From: Octopus sinensis
Lineage: Eukaryota
NCBI RefSeq assembly: GCF_006345805.1
Contig: NC_042998.1
Coordinates: 27,156,001 to 27,220,000, forward strand
DNA: 64,000 nt
Direction of reading: 5' to 3'
Shown here: piece after piece, positions 1 to 13,520 of the stretch
Numbering within the stretch: the stretch's first letter is position 1
Layout: every line of letters starts with the position of its first letter
Translations under genes and position numbers: made by a program
The notes under the pieces: generated by a model
What the model was told of the DNA's origin: nothing
What the model saw: only the letters and a program-made list of their open reading frames with translations
Databases searched by the model: none

Positions 1-462
1 TGTGTCTTTGTGACACAGAAACATCAATTTTAGATTCAAATATTATCAGTAGAAATTTGAATGCACTTATTTAACAAACTTACTTAATATTAGTTTCTTG
101 GTACAAGGATTTTTTATTTATAAAGAATATAAAACTGATGATGCATATACCCTACAGCAAAAGCAGCCAGATCTCGCTCAAATTACATTAACAGTTTAAA
201 ATATAAAAGAACAATTTGACCTGTGCATATCCCAAATAAAAGATAGAATTATTGTGGCTTGAATAATATCGATATTATTCAAGCCACAATAATTCTATCT
301 ATGTATAATTCTATACATAAAGGTCTGCTTCATAAAGCTGACCTTTATGTATTTTTTTTTTACTGATTGGTCATGTAGGGAAGAGCAGTGCCCATGACTT
401 TTTGCTGGATTTCCAAACAGAGGCACTTGTTTTCAAACCAGAAACCTGGACCAAATACTTAC

Positions 463-547
463 AGAATGAACTCTGTTGAAAGCACAAACAGACCAAATAG
501 TGGTGGTAAACTAGGTGATGAATTGATGTCTACCACATATAAGAACT
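463..547 (-). CDS. Candidate exon of an unidentified host gene (FLYVVDINSSPSLPPLFGLFVLSTEFI)
   Basis: Minus-strand acceptor ctgtgttcag and strong donor CT|gtaagt; one open frame; phase-compatible with the 3184-3248 candidate. No protein family recognised. Confidence 0.3.
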
Positions 548-2459
548 CTGAACACAGAAACCAGTAATTACACCTTATCAGATCAAAGGAATAAAGACAA
601 AATTTGGCTTTTAAACTTAGAATCTCGATACAAAAGCAATAACTAAAATACACTTAGCCAAAGCATAGATGTTTATATTGGCCTGATATTATTTAAAAAT
701 TAAGTAACAATATATATATGTTCTCACAAAATATATAAGATTAGATAGCTCTTTGAGTCATTAATAGATGTTTTTATTAAAAAAAACATTCACAAGTAAA
801 TATTTGCATTCCATTTTTGTCCTTGATTACCTGTTATTAATCAACAAGTATATTTTGAAACAGATTGTTAAGCACAAAGATATGCAAATAATGTTTTAAT
901 GAATATGGGTCAGATAAATTTGATGATACTTAATTTCAAATAAAAAAAAATGTTTAAATGATATGAAATGTTATATTAGTTTCAGCATTTGCTCGTCTTG
1001 AGATGTAAAAGAATCCTTTTTCTTTTATCAGATATCTTACAAAACTTCCATGATTTATACTTTTCCAATTTTCAAGCACTATATGTGCTAGCAGTATATT
1101 TCTACTCGTTAAAAAAAAAATTTTTCTTATCAATTACATTTATACACTTTCACTAAAGCCTTATTAAAATCTTGAAGTGTAGTTTATCTTCATGGTTGAA
1201 ACAGAATCAATTTTTCATCACTTCCAATCATTGTACATGATATTTAATATTTCGGAAGAAGATTTAATTCTTATTTTTCTTCTTACATTATTTTTAAAAG
1301 CTTATGCGTCTTTAAAACCATTATTCACTTACAATTCTCAAGTTTTACAATTCATCTAATTTTTTAAACTTTTCCAAGCTGTTAAAGCAATGATAAATAG
1401 TAGGACAGGCTGAAACTGTTTTCTTTAGACAACTTTCAATAGACAAATATACAGTACTCATCAAGCGTGGTTATCAAGCATTATCAAAGTTGTCATAACC
1501 ATACAGGATCCATTAAGTTTATAACAGAATTATTCTTATACAGATTCCACAATAAATGAGTCATGTTTATTTTGACTCTGAATACGCATATTTTGTAAAT
1601 TCAAGAAAATTGTTTTGCTGACATCCAAATGATAATTTTTGTAAGTCATAATTTATTTGCCTCAGTAGTTACACTGTTATTTATTAGATTATATACATAG
1701 CCAGACACAGATAAATCTCAAAAAAAAAAAAGAAAAAAAAGAAAAGAAAAACGCTTAAATGATTCATCATGATTCTTGAATCATTAACTATAACCATTCC
1801 TAAGTGTATACTACCAGTTTCTACTTCACTTTTCCTACAAAGAAAATAAGTGCCAATCCTGTCTCATAAAAGAAGCCATAGAATGTGATTTTTGTTCATT
1901 TGTTTTTTGTTTTTTTGTGTGTTTTTTTTAAAGGAAAAATAAAAGTTCAGCAACATAATTTCTATTTCAAGGACAATTTGATAAAAATTGCCTAAAACAG
2001 ACAAATTATACATTTCAAGGACTATTTGATACAAATAACAGAAATAGACAAATTATTTTAGCAATAAAAGATTAGACTGTGTATACATAACAAACCTGAT
2101 TATAATTAATAATCATGAATGAAGAAATCACAAATCAAGTTCCTCCACCAAATACTTAAAGGGGTGGTTATTTAGAAACCTAATTGAGAGATAAGTTGAC
2201 TCTAGTTTAGTCTCCTGTAGTAACTTAACTATAAAAAATTAATTTCATTCATGATATTATTCTTAGAGGAGTTCACAGAAATGATAGCATACTGGAAAAA
2301 ATGTCTTGCTGTATCAAGTTATGACCCCTATATACATCCACACTCTAAACTCAAACCCCTTCAAGGCAACCTCTGCCTTTCATCCTCTTTGGAGATGAAA
2401 CATATCAAAGACCAACGACACATCTGTGCCCCACCCAGCCAATGCAAAAGACAGACAAT

Positions 2460-3130
2460 CAAACCCTTTTGATATCAACCCACCAAAAACCACTCCTGAT
2501 TCTATGATACAAACTTCCTGTTTTAATCGTTTAAGCACTTGGATTCAGATGTAATACTGATTGATTCATATTGTTTAGTATTTAAGCATACATTATGATG
2601 TAGCTTCAAGATTTTGATGATGTAATTGTTTATTTTTAGAATGACACTTGAGATGGGGAGAGAGGCTAGATTTAGCCAATTTGTACATAAAACAGGTTGA
2701 ATATTTAGGCCAGATATAGCCAGTTTAAATGCTCAAGGGTTAAAGTGAATTGTTTATCAAAATTTTATATTAATTTATATTCCAAATACCATCTTAATAA
2801 CTACAAAGTTATTTTAATACATTCTTCATTTTCAAAATTAATTGAAATAAAGGCAGTTTTTTCAACAAAAATATGGTAACTAAAGAGTTAATAACACCAC
2901 CTGGCCCTTGAATGCCTTAAACTTTTTAGTATTCGGATTACTTCATTAAATATAACACTTATTCATTTAGATCGTTTTAAATTAATTATGCACATATTCT
3001 CAAGATTTCAATGACATGACTGTATATTTTTAGAATGACATTGTTGGGTAGGTGTGAGAGGCTGGAGCTGATCAGTTTGAACAAAAAACAAATGAATATT
3101 TGGAACCCGATATGGCCGGTTTAAATGATA
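2460..3130. mobile_element. Cluster of nested piggyBac-like MITE remnants
   Basis: Ends resemble (TTAA)CCCTTT...AAGGGTTAA; internal similarity to copies at 5925-6122, 19073-19280 and 58625-59084. Confidence 0.5.
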
Positions 3131-3183
3131 ACAGAGTCCATTCTATTCCAAACATTCAAAATATGTCTCTGGTTTGAGGATAC

Positions 3184-3248
3184 CTTCCTCCCACCATCCC
3201 ATCAGTGCCAGAGGTTCTGTAAAGGGATATGGGCACAGCCCTTCCCAC
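3184..3248 (-). CDS. Candidate 65-nt exon (WEGLCPYPFTEPLALMGWWEE or VGRAVPISLYRTSGTDGMVGG)
   Basis: GC-richer island in AT-rich unique DNA; acceptor ctttttaatcag, donor AAG|gtatcc; two frames open. Confidence 0.5.
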
Positions 3249-5288
3249 CTGATTAAAAAGATATTTTTTTAAATCACCATTGTTATTATTAAAAGAAATA
3301 TGCCAAAACTTAAAAGTATAATTGAAAAACATTTAGGAAATAATGGTATTGAAGATTTCATGGAAGCTACTATTTAAGTCCAAGAAATGATTAACAAATT
3401 AGATTCAAAAACAACAAACAACTGGTAATTATTTCTATTCATCTGATGTTCCTAAATAGCATAGACTTTTCTTTACAAATTATTCAACAATGTAGACTCT
3501 TTCAAAACATTGAGAAATAATTTAATAACATAGAATATATTAAATGCTTATTAGAATTGAAATACAGGAAACAATTAATTTCACTAATAAAGTTTTGTTT
3601 GCTTTTAGTTCATTTGGAAATTCTAATGGAACTAGATTCTTGTATCATTTCCAAGTTTATTATTATTATTATTCTTAGTCTAGCAGTATTGTAACACATT
3701 CAATAATATAGTTATAAGTTACAGAGAACACATGAATAAGTCATCAAAATGAGTGTACGAGAGTAGATAAAAAAAAAAGTAAAAAAAAAAAGGAAAGAAA
3801 AAAAATGCAAATAAACAAAGAAGCTTTTTCAGAAAATAATTGATATCAAAATGGATCAAGTTAAGAAAGCTCATCTAGTGTTCTTCAGTACATCAAATAC
3901 TACTTTTAAATTTAGAATGCATCTAACTAATGTATATGCTTAAACAGATGTGAAGATGTTGGGAGATAAAAACAAATCAAAAACTAAATGTGAAATATTG
4001 ATTATTCAAAAAAAAAAAAAAAGTAAGAAATAAGAAAGAAAAAAAGGAAAACACTGAATATCAAATATGTAACTCACTAAAAAGATTTTTCAGTCTCTTC
4101 TCGTTGATTTAAAATTACTGTTTCTGAATACTATCTATCGATTACTCTAAATATATGAAAAGAACATCACATATATGAAATTTCAGATCACAACAAAATG
4201 TATATGGATCGATTTCATTCATTCCCTTAGCAGCCTTTCTTGTTTATTGAACAAAGTAATTAGAGTTTTGCTGAGAAATTTCCCAAACTAAAATACGAAT
4301 CAAAAAATTAGTCAGATAAATTATCATAATATAAAAAAAAAAAAAGAATTTTTTTTAATATCTAAAAATTATATGATTATCTAAAAATGCTATTAGATAT
4401 ATAGCAAATATAGATTATATCTTGTTTACAAGACAGATCAGAGAATCTTAATATATAAATCTGAAATTATGAGATGAAAAGAAAAAAAAGTAATAATTAT
4501 AAAAATTCACAAATGAGAAAATGTTACTATGATACATTCCCCTCATTTATATTCTAACATAAAGGAAGTAGGTTCTTGTAAAAAGAATCGTATTCAGTAC
4601 ATTTTGATTTATTAAACTGGTCATGTCTATTTTAGATTGCTTGAAGAAGCTTCTTGTATGAATGGCTTGTCAAAAGAGATAATTGATTTCTTGAAGTTAC
4701 TTTCCTGATTAGAAACTATAATAATAATAATAATAATAAAATAGAATGAAATATATATACATGTTAAGAGTCTGAGGTTAAAATCCAATAAAAATTTACA
4801 CTGGAAATAATTCTCATTTCTTGTACAGAGTAAAAGTAATGTTTTTTTTTTTAAATTAGATAAATTAGCAATAAGTATAATTAAAAGATCAAATTAATTT
4901 ATTTTTGTAATAGTGTATAGAAAATAACAGTTGCAGTTAATGTGAAAATATATATAGTTATAGAAAACAGGAGATGGAAATTGTTCTGAAGCTAAAATAA
5001 AAATGACAATTAAAAATTGTTCACAAGTGGAAACCTTGCCAGCTTCATATTATGAATCTAACTTTGTGACGAAGAACTGGAATTGATAAGAATGAGCTAA
5101 TAAGGGTTCTATATTGATCTAGTCGTGACTCAGAAGTGAGCACAACTGATTAAAATAAATATCAGAATTGCATAAAAATTCAAATATAATATCCTTCACA
5201 ATGAACAAGTGACCTATTGCATGAGAGGTGTTTACTTTTATTTCAATTTTAGATATAGAAAAACTACACAGTGTAAGAAATCCATTAC

Positions 5289-5349
5289 CTTAGTTGTGTG
5301 AGGAGGAAGTGAAAAATATGATAAAAAAAGATCACTGAAAATTGATATT
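5289..5349 (-). CDS. Candidate 61-nt exon (ISIFSDLFLSYFSLPPHTTK or YQFSVIFFYHIFHFLLTQL)
   Basis: Acceptor gttctatttttatcag, donor AAG|gtaatg; each open frame joins in phase with one open frame of 3184-3248. Confidence 0.35.
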
Positions 5350-5924
5350 CTGATAAAAATAGAACAATTTTTGATCTTAAAAACAACTTACAGTGTGTAG
5401 AAATAAAATCTCTGAAGCATTAAAAGAAAAAACTAATTGATTAATCGAAACATTATATTAATGATATCTAACCATTTTCATCTGTTTGAATAAGGCTTTT
5501 TAAAAATCTTACTTAAATATAGGCAATGATTTGATGAACATTTACAAGACATTCAAACCTAATCCACTGCAGTTATTTCAAGGCCTATTATCTTAGAGAT
5601 TTATTTTACAGAACTAAATATGAAATAATATATATCAGAGAATTAAATAACAGTAACAACTGAACATTAGAAAGAAAGTAAGAATAAAGCGTAACTATTT
5701 AGAACATTAAAAAAAAAAATTATATGATATTATATGGATATAACAGAAGTTGTAATGAAAAAATGATTGCATAATACAAAGCAAATTAAGCTATGAAAGT
5801 TAAGTTGAGATTTTATAAGACTTGAAAGGCAAGTTTCAAAAATAAACTGAATTATGAAAACAATCAGTAAAAATCTAATACTAGTCCCAGATCAGCCCTG
5901 CTCAGTCAAGTAGATTATCATATG

Positions 5925-6122
5925 AATTTAACCAAATATTTCACATGTTTTATGTTCAAACTGGCCCAGATGCTGCTTTTCACACCTACCCTACATTGTC
6001 AGTCTAAAACAAAAATCACAACATTGAAATCTCAGAACTACGAGATAATGCATGATTAATTCAAAACAATGTGAATAAAGAAGTATTACATTTGAAAAAG
6101 AAATCTGAAGCTAAAGAGTTGA
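5925..6122 (+). mobile_element. piggyBac-like MITE remnant
   Basis: Similar to 19073-19280; ends gctaaagagttga, resembling the GCTAAAGGGTTAA TIR. Confidence 0.5.
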
Positions 6123-6189
6123 CTTAACAATTGGGTACAACTAACACAGCTATTATTCGCGGTATCCCATGTATTCCAAGTTAACAACC

Positions 6190-6830
6190 ACACCACACTA
6201 TTATACAGTGGTTGTTTAAGGTGCAGTACTGCAACTTGGACATGTATTTCTTTGTCCAAGATGGACTTTGTCAGACCAATACAATCACTACTCTTCTGCT
6301 CATGTCCTTATTGGTATGCATCCCAACATAATTCCTGGAGCTAATCAGGTTATTGATACTGCAACTATTTCTGTGTACCTGTGTCTTTGTACTTGTCCAG
6401 GTTGGGTAGGAAAGATGATTTTAGGGTCGCGGTGTTCTGAGGTTTTAAGGGGGTTGTTTAGAGATGTAATTTTACATGCAGAGAAGAGATTGTGAGGTTG
6501 TTTCTCATGTTAACCATATCACTCTCATTTTTAGTATTTTTGTTTCAGTTTTAGTATTTTTCTAGTTGATCTCCAAGTATGGTTGGAGTGCAACCTCTGA
6601 TAATATGAGGTATGATGATTATAAGGCCATGCAGAGCTAGCATAATTCACAATGGATCTAATGTACTGTTTATACACTATTGTTTCTTTCACTTCACTAA
6701 ATGTGCTTCAAATGAGTACTCTAAGCATAAGCACCATTTTAACACTTTGCTCTGTACTTGATAAGTGTTTTGTAAATGTTGTGGAGTTGTTGACTGTAAC
6801 CCTTAGAATTTTTGTCAACTGTTTGTGGTT
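6190..6830 (-). mobile_element. Decayed non-LTR retrotransposon 3' fragment (RT C-terminus plus Cys motif; I/Nimb-like clade uncertain)
   Basis: Manual minus-strand translation gives KILRVTVNNSTTFTKHL...VYKQYIRSIVNYASSAWP and downstream HLGQRNTCPSCSTAP, with stops and frameshifts. Confidence 0.6.
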
Positions 6831-7396
6831 AAGTGTAACAGTTGGGCATCTTTTATGTTCTCTAGTAGTTTGGCAAGACAGGCAATAGATTTAATAAGTA
6901 CTACTTGAAGGTCTGTTCTGAAACCAGTTTCTATCTAGAGTTAAGTATTTGTTGGAAAAAGTGAAATATCTTTTATATGAGTCTAAACATGTATTTTAAG
7001 ATATAGGAAGGTTTTAGGACAAAAAGAGCAGATGAAAGGGCAGATTCTTGCATTATTCCATTTTAAAAAATGGCAAATTCTGATAATTATGTTTTTCTAC
7101 ACAACATAAGATTGGCAACCTGAGAGAACCTACTGTTTTAAATTAATGTTAGTGTTGAATATAAAATGCTAGAAAAGACAAGATAACAGTTGAAATATCA
7201 TTCAAACAATGAAAATATGACACAAGAAACAGTGAAAAACCTGTGAGATGATAATTTAAGCAACATATACATTTGAAATATATGTAGTTACTTTGTTCAC
7301 CAAGAAAGGGATTCTTACACATGAACACTAAAGAACCAACTTAAACTAATTTTAAATCCTAAATTGGAGAACATGCCCATGGTAACTGCTTACATT

Positions 7397-7727
7397 CATC
7401 AGCATCATCATCATCATCGTTTAACGTCCACTTTCCATGCTTGCATGGGTTGGACGATTTTGACTGAGGGCTGGCGAACCAGATGGCTGCATCAGGCTCC
7501 AATCTTGATTTGGCAGAGTTTCTACAGCTGGATGCCCTTCCTAATGCCAACTACTCTGAGAGTGTAGTGGGTGCTTTTTACGTGCCACCAGCATGGGGGC
7601 CAGCCAGGCAATACTGGCAATGACCTCGCTCAAATCTTTTTACACATGCCACCAGTACAGGTGCTAGTAAGGCAACGTTGGTAACGATCACACTCGAATG
7701 GTGCCCTTTTACATGCCACCGGCACAG
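7397..7727 (-). mobile_element. RTE LINE 3' UTR fragment with (GAT)n tail
   Basis: Reverse complement of the 3' end of the 47908-49115 element. Confidence 0.85.
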
Positions 7728-8280
7728 TAGTTTTCTAAAGCAGTGCTGATATGGCTCTTCAATGACAAAGTTGTGTGGATAGTAGCAAGCTACTTCTTGG
7801 CAGTAGTAAACATCTTGAAGCATTAGGTGCCCTTAAATGTACATCAAACATAACCTTATAATTCTAGTGCACTTCCAAGCTGTGTAAAAATATTGAAGAG
7901 CTAGGTAGTCTGAAATATTATTTTATGCCATTTTTACTCACATTTAATCATTACATATTTCTTTTTCTTTTTTTTCTTTCTTTTTTTTTATCAATGTCAC
8001 TAGAACAGATTAAATGGTTTACTTTTATGTGCTTTGTCACTTTCAGGAAAGTTGTGCATAGATACATAAAAAAAAATATTAAAAAAAAAAAGTCAAACAG
8101 GATGACAGCTGTCAGTGAGATATTGTTATTAGTATGCAAAGCATTAAGGACAGTAGTATGCTTTTGAGTTGTTTAGATCTCTCTTACTGGGAGAGAGAGA
8201 GGGGTATTCAGCTTATTAGTACACACACCTAATAACACATTACACAGATATGGGTATACAATTTTCTGAATGCACATTAC

Positions 8281-8285
8281 ACACA

Positions 8286-8322
<37 letters not shown>

Positions 8323-8786
8323 CACACCACACACATATATATATATGTACACACACACACACATATATATACACACATATATATATACACACATATATAT
8401 ATATATGTACACACACACACACATATATATATACACACATATATATATACACACATATATATATATATACACACACATATATATATACACACACATATAT
8501 ATATATACACACACATATATATATATATACATACACACACACATATATATATACACACACACATATATATATATACACACACATATATATATACATACAC
8601 ACACATATATATATACATACACACACATATATATATACATACACACATATATATATATACATACACACACATATATATATATACATACACACACATATAT
8701 ATATATACATACACACACACATATATATATACACACACACACATATATATATACACACACACACATATATATATACACACACACAC

Positions 8787-8817
<31 letters not shown>

Positions 8818-9218
8818 TATATATATACACACACACACACATATATATATATACACACATATATATATATACACACATATATATACACACACATATATAT
8901 ACACACATATATATACAAACATATATATATACAAACATATATATATATATACACACATATATATATACAAACATATATATATATACACACACACACACAT
9001 ATATATATACAAACATATATATATATATACACACACACACACATATATATATACACACACACATATATATATACACACACACATATATATATACACACAC
9101 ATATATATATATACACACACATATATATATATACACACACATATATATACACACACATATATATATATACACACACACACACATATATGTAATATATATG
9201 TGTGTGTGTGTGTGTGTG

Positions 9219-9255
<37 letters not shown>
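8281..9255. repeat. ~1 kb compound (CA)n(TA)n microsatellite
   Basis: Alternating AC/AT runs; source of the long spurious ORFs in all frames. Confidence 0.97.
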
Positions 9256-9256
<1 letters not shown>

Positions 9257-10019
9257 ACAAACACACATCCCCTGAATTGCATGTGTCTTTCATGTTTGCA
9301 TTGTCTGGATATAAATGTGTGTGTGTATAAGTTAGTCATTATGCATGTGAGCATGTCAATGTTTGTGGGCTCAACTGTTTATTTTTGTGGTTCTGACTAT
9401 GTATGCCAAAATGTGATTGTTAATGTGTAGTTTATTGACTTATTTAAAGCAGTTAGATTCAGGTCATATATAATGGTAACCACCCATCTTCTACCAGCTT
9501 TTTTTCTTTTTATATATTTTTTAAAAATATTTTTACAACTTGTTTTTGTTGGTTTACTTTGCTATTCGAGCTATTTGTTTTACTTGTTAATATATACATT
9601 ATTTGTGTCTCAATTATTGTCCATTTATTTGAAGCTAACAAAATCTATGAAACTGTGTAACAGTTAAGAGAAATCTGTAACAATATTCCTTAAAAATTGC
9701 ACCAAGTTATTTATCCCTCAGTCAAACCTAATAGAGCAGATACATAATCAAAAGCACCAAAGGCATGACAATTCTGTCTTTTTAAGAGGTATCTATAACA
9801 TCTAATGTACCCTTCCCTTATTCAAGACAGCAGGGTATGATTTAAGACATGGCTTTAATTTCTAGCAAGTTTAGCAACCATACAGAGGTTATTTCATGCA
9901 TTCATTAAGTTCCCAACTCAGTTAAATATTTAAACAGCTGCTGAACTTTAAAGACAAAGCAACAGAAAATATTATTTACATGTTTATGTATGTTTTATGA
10001 TTGTCCTCAAAAATGCCTA

Positions 10020-10400
10020 CAAAGGTGCAGACATGGGTGTGTGGTGAGAGGTTTGCTTCCCAACCACATGGTTCCAGGTTCAGTCCCACTACATAGTATC
10101 TTGAGCAAGTGTTTTCCACTAAAGCTTTGGTCTGACCAAAGCTTTGTGAGTGGGTTTGGTAGATGGAAACTAAAAGTTCATTATGTGTGTGCGTGTGTTT
10201 GTCCTCCACCAATGCTTGACAACTAGTGTTGGTTTATTTACATCCTCGTAACTTAGCAGTTCAGCAAAAGAAACTAACATAATTAGTACCAAACTTTTTT
10301 AAAAAATAAGTACAGGGGTCTGATTCATTCATCTAAAAATTCAAGACAGTGCTCCGGCATGGCCACAGTCTAATGACAAATAAGACTAAAATATAATGAC
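10020..10400 (+). mobile_element. tRNA-head SINE, family A (internal microsatellite)
   Basis: Matches 27568-27960: gtgtggt...ggttcagtcccac head and cagcatggcc...gactgaaacaag-like tail. Confidence 0.8.
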
Positions 10401-12229
10401 AAATAAGTAAAGAGTAAAAGATTCTGTATATGTCCACACATGTTTCAGATCTTCTTTGTTTATGTCTATAAATATTTTGGGCCAATTTTGCATACATTTA
10501 GAAATATTTATGATTATGTAATTATATATATTAGTGACCCAGTTGCCTCTAAAGTTTTGAAAGCATGTGCTTATAAGCCTATAAATGTGAAATTAAATTC
10601 TATACCTCTATATGTTTTTCATGTATATATATGCACATAAAAGCTGTTTGTGTGATTGCATGCAGGTTCACATTTATATATACATTTAGATTTAGTATTC
10701 CCTTAGGGTTAGCAACTGTTCTTACTGATAGAAAGGATACAGTGAATACTTATAGTGTTAAGAAAATAAGCAGCTCATTATTTAGAAGTGATTTGCACTC
10801 ATACGTCCAGATGTAAATTAAGAGAAATGTCATCATGTTGCCTTCTGTTACGGCAGACTACTTTGCTTACCTATTTTCCTACTTCTATTAATATGTACAC
10901 ACCCACACCCAACAAATACAACCTTTGAATATATGTATATATTATCATTTATATCAAGTCACGTTTAATATGTATGACATATAAAAATAACAGTATTGCT
11001 CATCAAATCATATGGAAAGTTGAAACTTGAAGCAAATACAATAGAGCTAAAAGAAATAGCATTTTTCATCATAAAATGAATAATGTGAAAAAAAATATAT
11101 ATGCTATTCATAGCAGACGCACATATAAATATATACATGCGCACATACGAATATTCATAATTTATTTCTATTATTGAAGTTACATTGATTGTAAACTGAT
11201 AGTGTCAATGTAAAATGGTTCAATATAACAAGTGCTTATTAGGAAAAATAAGTGATTTTTTAATGATTTATTATGTAGAAAAATATATGCATTAAACCAG
11301 TAAGACTCATGAATCAGGGTGGGAGAGAAGTATCAACTGATAATTGTATCCCATTACTGCAGCACTTGTAGAAACAAAAACAAACAAAAAAACCTGATAT
11401 CAAATGCTTTATTGCATTTATAAATCAATACTGTTTTTTTTTCAGGAGAAATTATCAATAATTATCAAGTGATAATAGGATTGGGAAGGCAGGTCAATAA
11501 AAACAAAGCTACATTAACAAAAATAAGAAATAGAAAGACAGCATTTGTTTATTTTAGATTTGGTGAAACTGGTCTTAACTACTAACCCCCAAGAATATTA
11601 ACATCAATCAACCTAAATAATAAAATATCTGAAAGAAAATATTTATTAACTTGTTAATAATAATGACATTACTTAACATCATAAAAAGGAAAATGAAATT
11701 TATAACATATACTACAATGCATAACCACAATTAGCTAGTTTTTTTGTTTTTTTTTAATATTTCTATGAAGATTGTATTGCAAGGCAAGAAAAAACAGATT
11801 CTTATACAATGAAATTTACTTCATAATTTTCTTCACATTGTATTTTACTATTAACTTTATTGCGTTTTGATAAAGTTAAGAGTAAAAAGACTTAAGAAAT
11901 AAGTGGAAATTTTGCCAGTGAGTGTTAAATTATAAGGCACAAAAAGAAAATGACTCTCCCCAGACACAACAGAATATGCTCAACACACGACCTCATATAA
12001 AAAAATCTTGCAAACCAAATTCAAAAACGAAACATTTACAATGATTGAGCTTAAATATTTCATGACAGACGATGGTGTTGTAAAATGAAATAGAAATTGT
12101 AAATCTTAGTGTTGTGTATAGTCAGTCATTCAGTAACTCCAGAAAGGAGCTACGGATCCTTTATAAATAATCTATAGATGACATTACTGAACCTTCCTTC
12201 TTTCCTTCCCAATTTCTTTGGCGCATATA

Positions 12230-12415
12230 TTCCCCAATGAATGGGATACCAGTCTGTCACAAGATTATTCATTTTTGCCATCTAAGTGAACTGGAGCAAC
12301 ATGAAACGAAATGTTTTACACAAAAACACAACGCATTGTCCAGTCCAAGAATTGAAACTACAATCTTACAATCAGGAGTCCCAAACCCTAACCACTAAGC
12401 CACATGCATCCACTA
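12230..12415 (-). mobile_element. tRNA-head SINE, family C fragment
   Basis: Reverse complement similar to 57885-58140 (gtggcttagtggttaggg head). Confidence 0.65.
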
Positions 12416-12829
12416 CATCAATGAAGCTAAAAATGGGAAAACACAACACAGTTCTATATATATAGAAAAAAGCTACCTTTCATCAGAGTATAGAGGTTAT
12501 ACACGTAATGAGATACTGAATACAAGTTACTAGACTTGGGAAAATTAAAACATATTTATCTTATTAAAATTACATCTGAATAAACTGATTAGATAAAATT
12601 CACATGATACTTTTTGTTTGATATATTCAGTTAATATTGTTTATTGATAGTATTTATATTTGAAAGTTCACTTGATACTCCATTCAAATTTTCTTTCATT
12701 TTAAAGTTCAAAAACATCCTGAAAAAACCACAAATGATAATAAAATAAATTGAAAAATTGTCTGATTTGATTCCTTAAAAATACCAATGTTAGCTTCATT
12801 TTATATTCTGTCTTTTATCTTTGACTTGT

Positions 12830-13145
12830 TTCAGTCATTAGATTACGGCCATGCTGGGGCACTGCTTTTTAAGAACTTTTAGTCAAACGAATCGACCCCC
12901 CCCATCCCAGTACTTATTTTTTTATTTCTAAGTCTGACACTTATTCTATCAGTCCCTTTTGTTGAACCTCTAAGTTACAGGGAGGTAAACATACTAAAAC
13001 CAGTTGTCAAGCAGTGGGAGACAAACACAGACACAAAGACACGCATATGTATATATGACAGGCTTCTTTCAGCTTCTATCTACCAAATCCATTCACAAAC
13101 CTTAGGTCAGCCTGAGCTTATAGTAGAAGACACTTGGCCATGTTG
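12830..13145 (-). mobile_element. SINE family A
   Basis: Reverse complement of the family A body and tail. Confidence 0.8.
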
Positions 13146-13240
13146 CCATGGAGTGGGACTGAACTTGGAACCATTTGGATAATGATAATAATAAAAAAGG
13201 TTAGAGAAAACAATGAAGTAACACTCCATATGGCTCTCAA

Positions 13241-13520
13241 TCATCATCATCATCGTTTAATGTCCGTTTTCCATGCTAGCATGGGTTGGACGGTTCGGAA
13301 GCCAGGAGGCTACACCAGGCTCCAGTCTGATCTGGCAGAGTTTCTACAGCTGGATGCCCTTCCTAACGCCAACCATTCTGTGAGTGTAGTGGGGGACTTT
13401 TTACATGCCACTGGCATGGAAGCCAGTCAAGGTGGCGCTGGCATCGGCCACGTTTGGATGGTGCTTTTTACGCGCCACCGGCACAGATATCACAACTACA
13501 ATTTCCAAATGTTGATGGAT
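13241..13520 (-). mobile_element. RTE 3' UTR fragment
   Basis: Starts catcatcatcgtttaatgtccgttttccatgctagc. Confidence 0.85.

Noticed and set aside
8173-9430. Five ORFs of 338-393 aa
   Set aside because: Translations of a (CA)n(TA)n microsatellite that lacks stop codons; the same applies to the YI/HT/CV-rich ORFs at 46.8, 50.7, 54.5, 56.4-57.9 kb.
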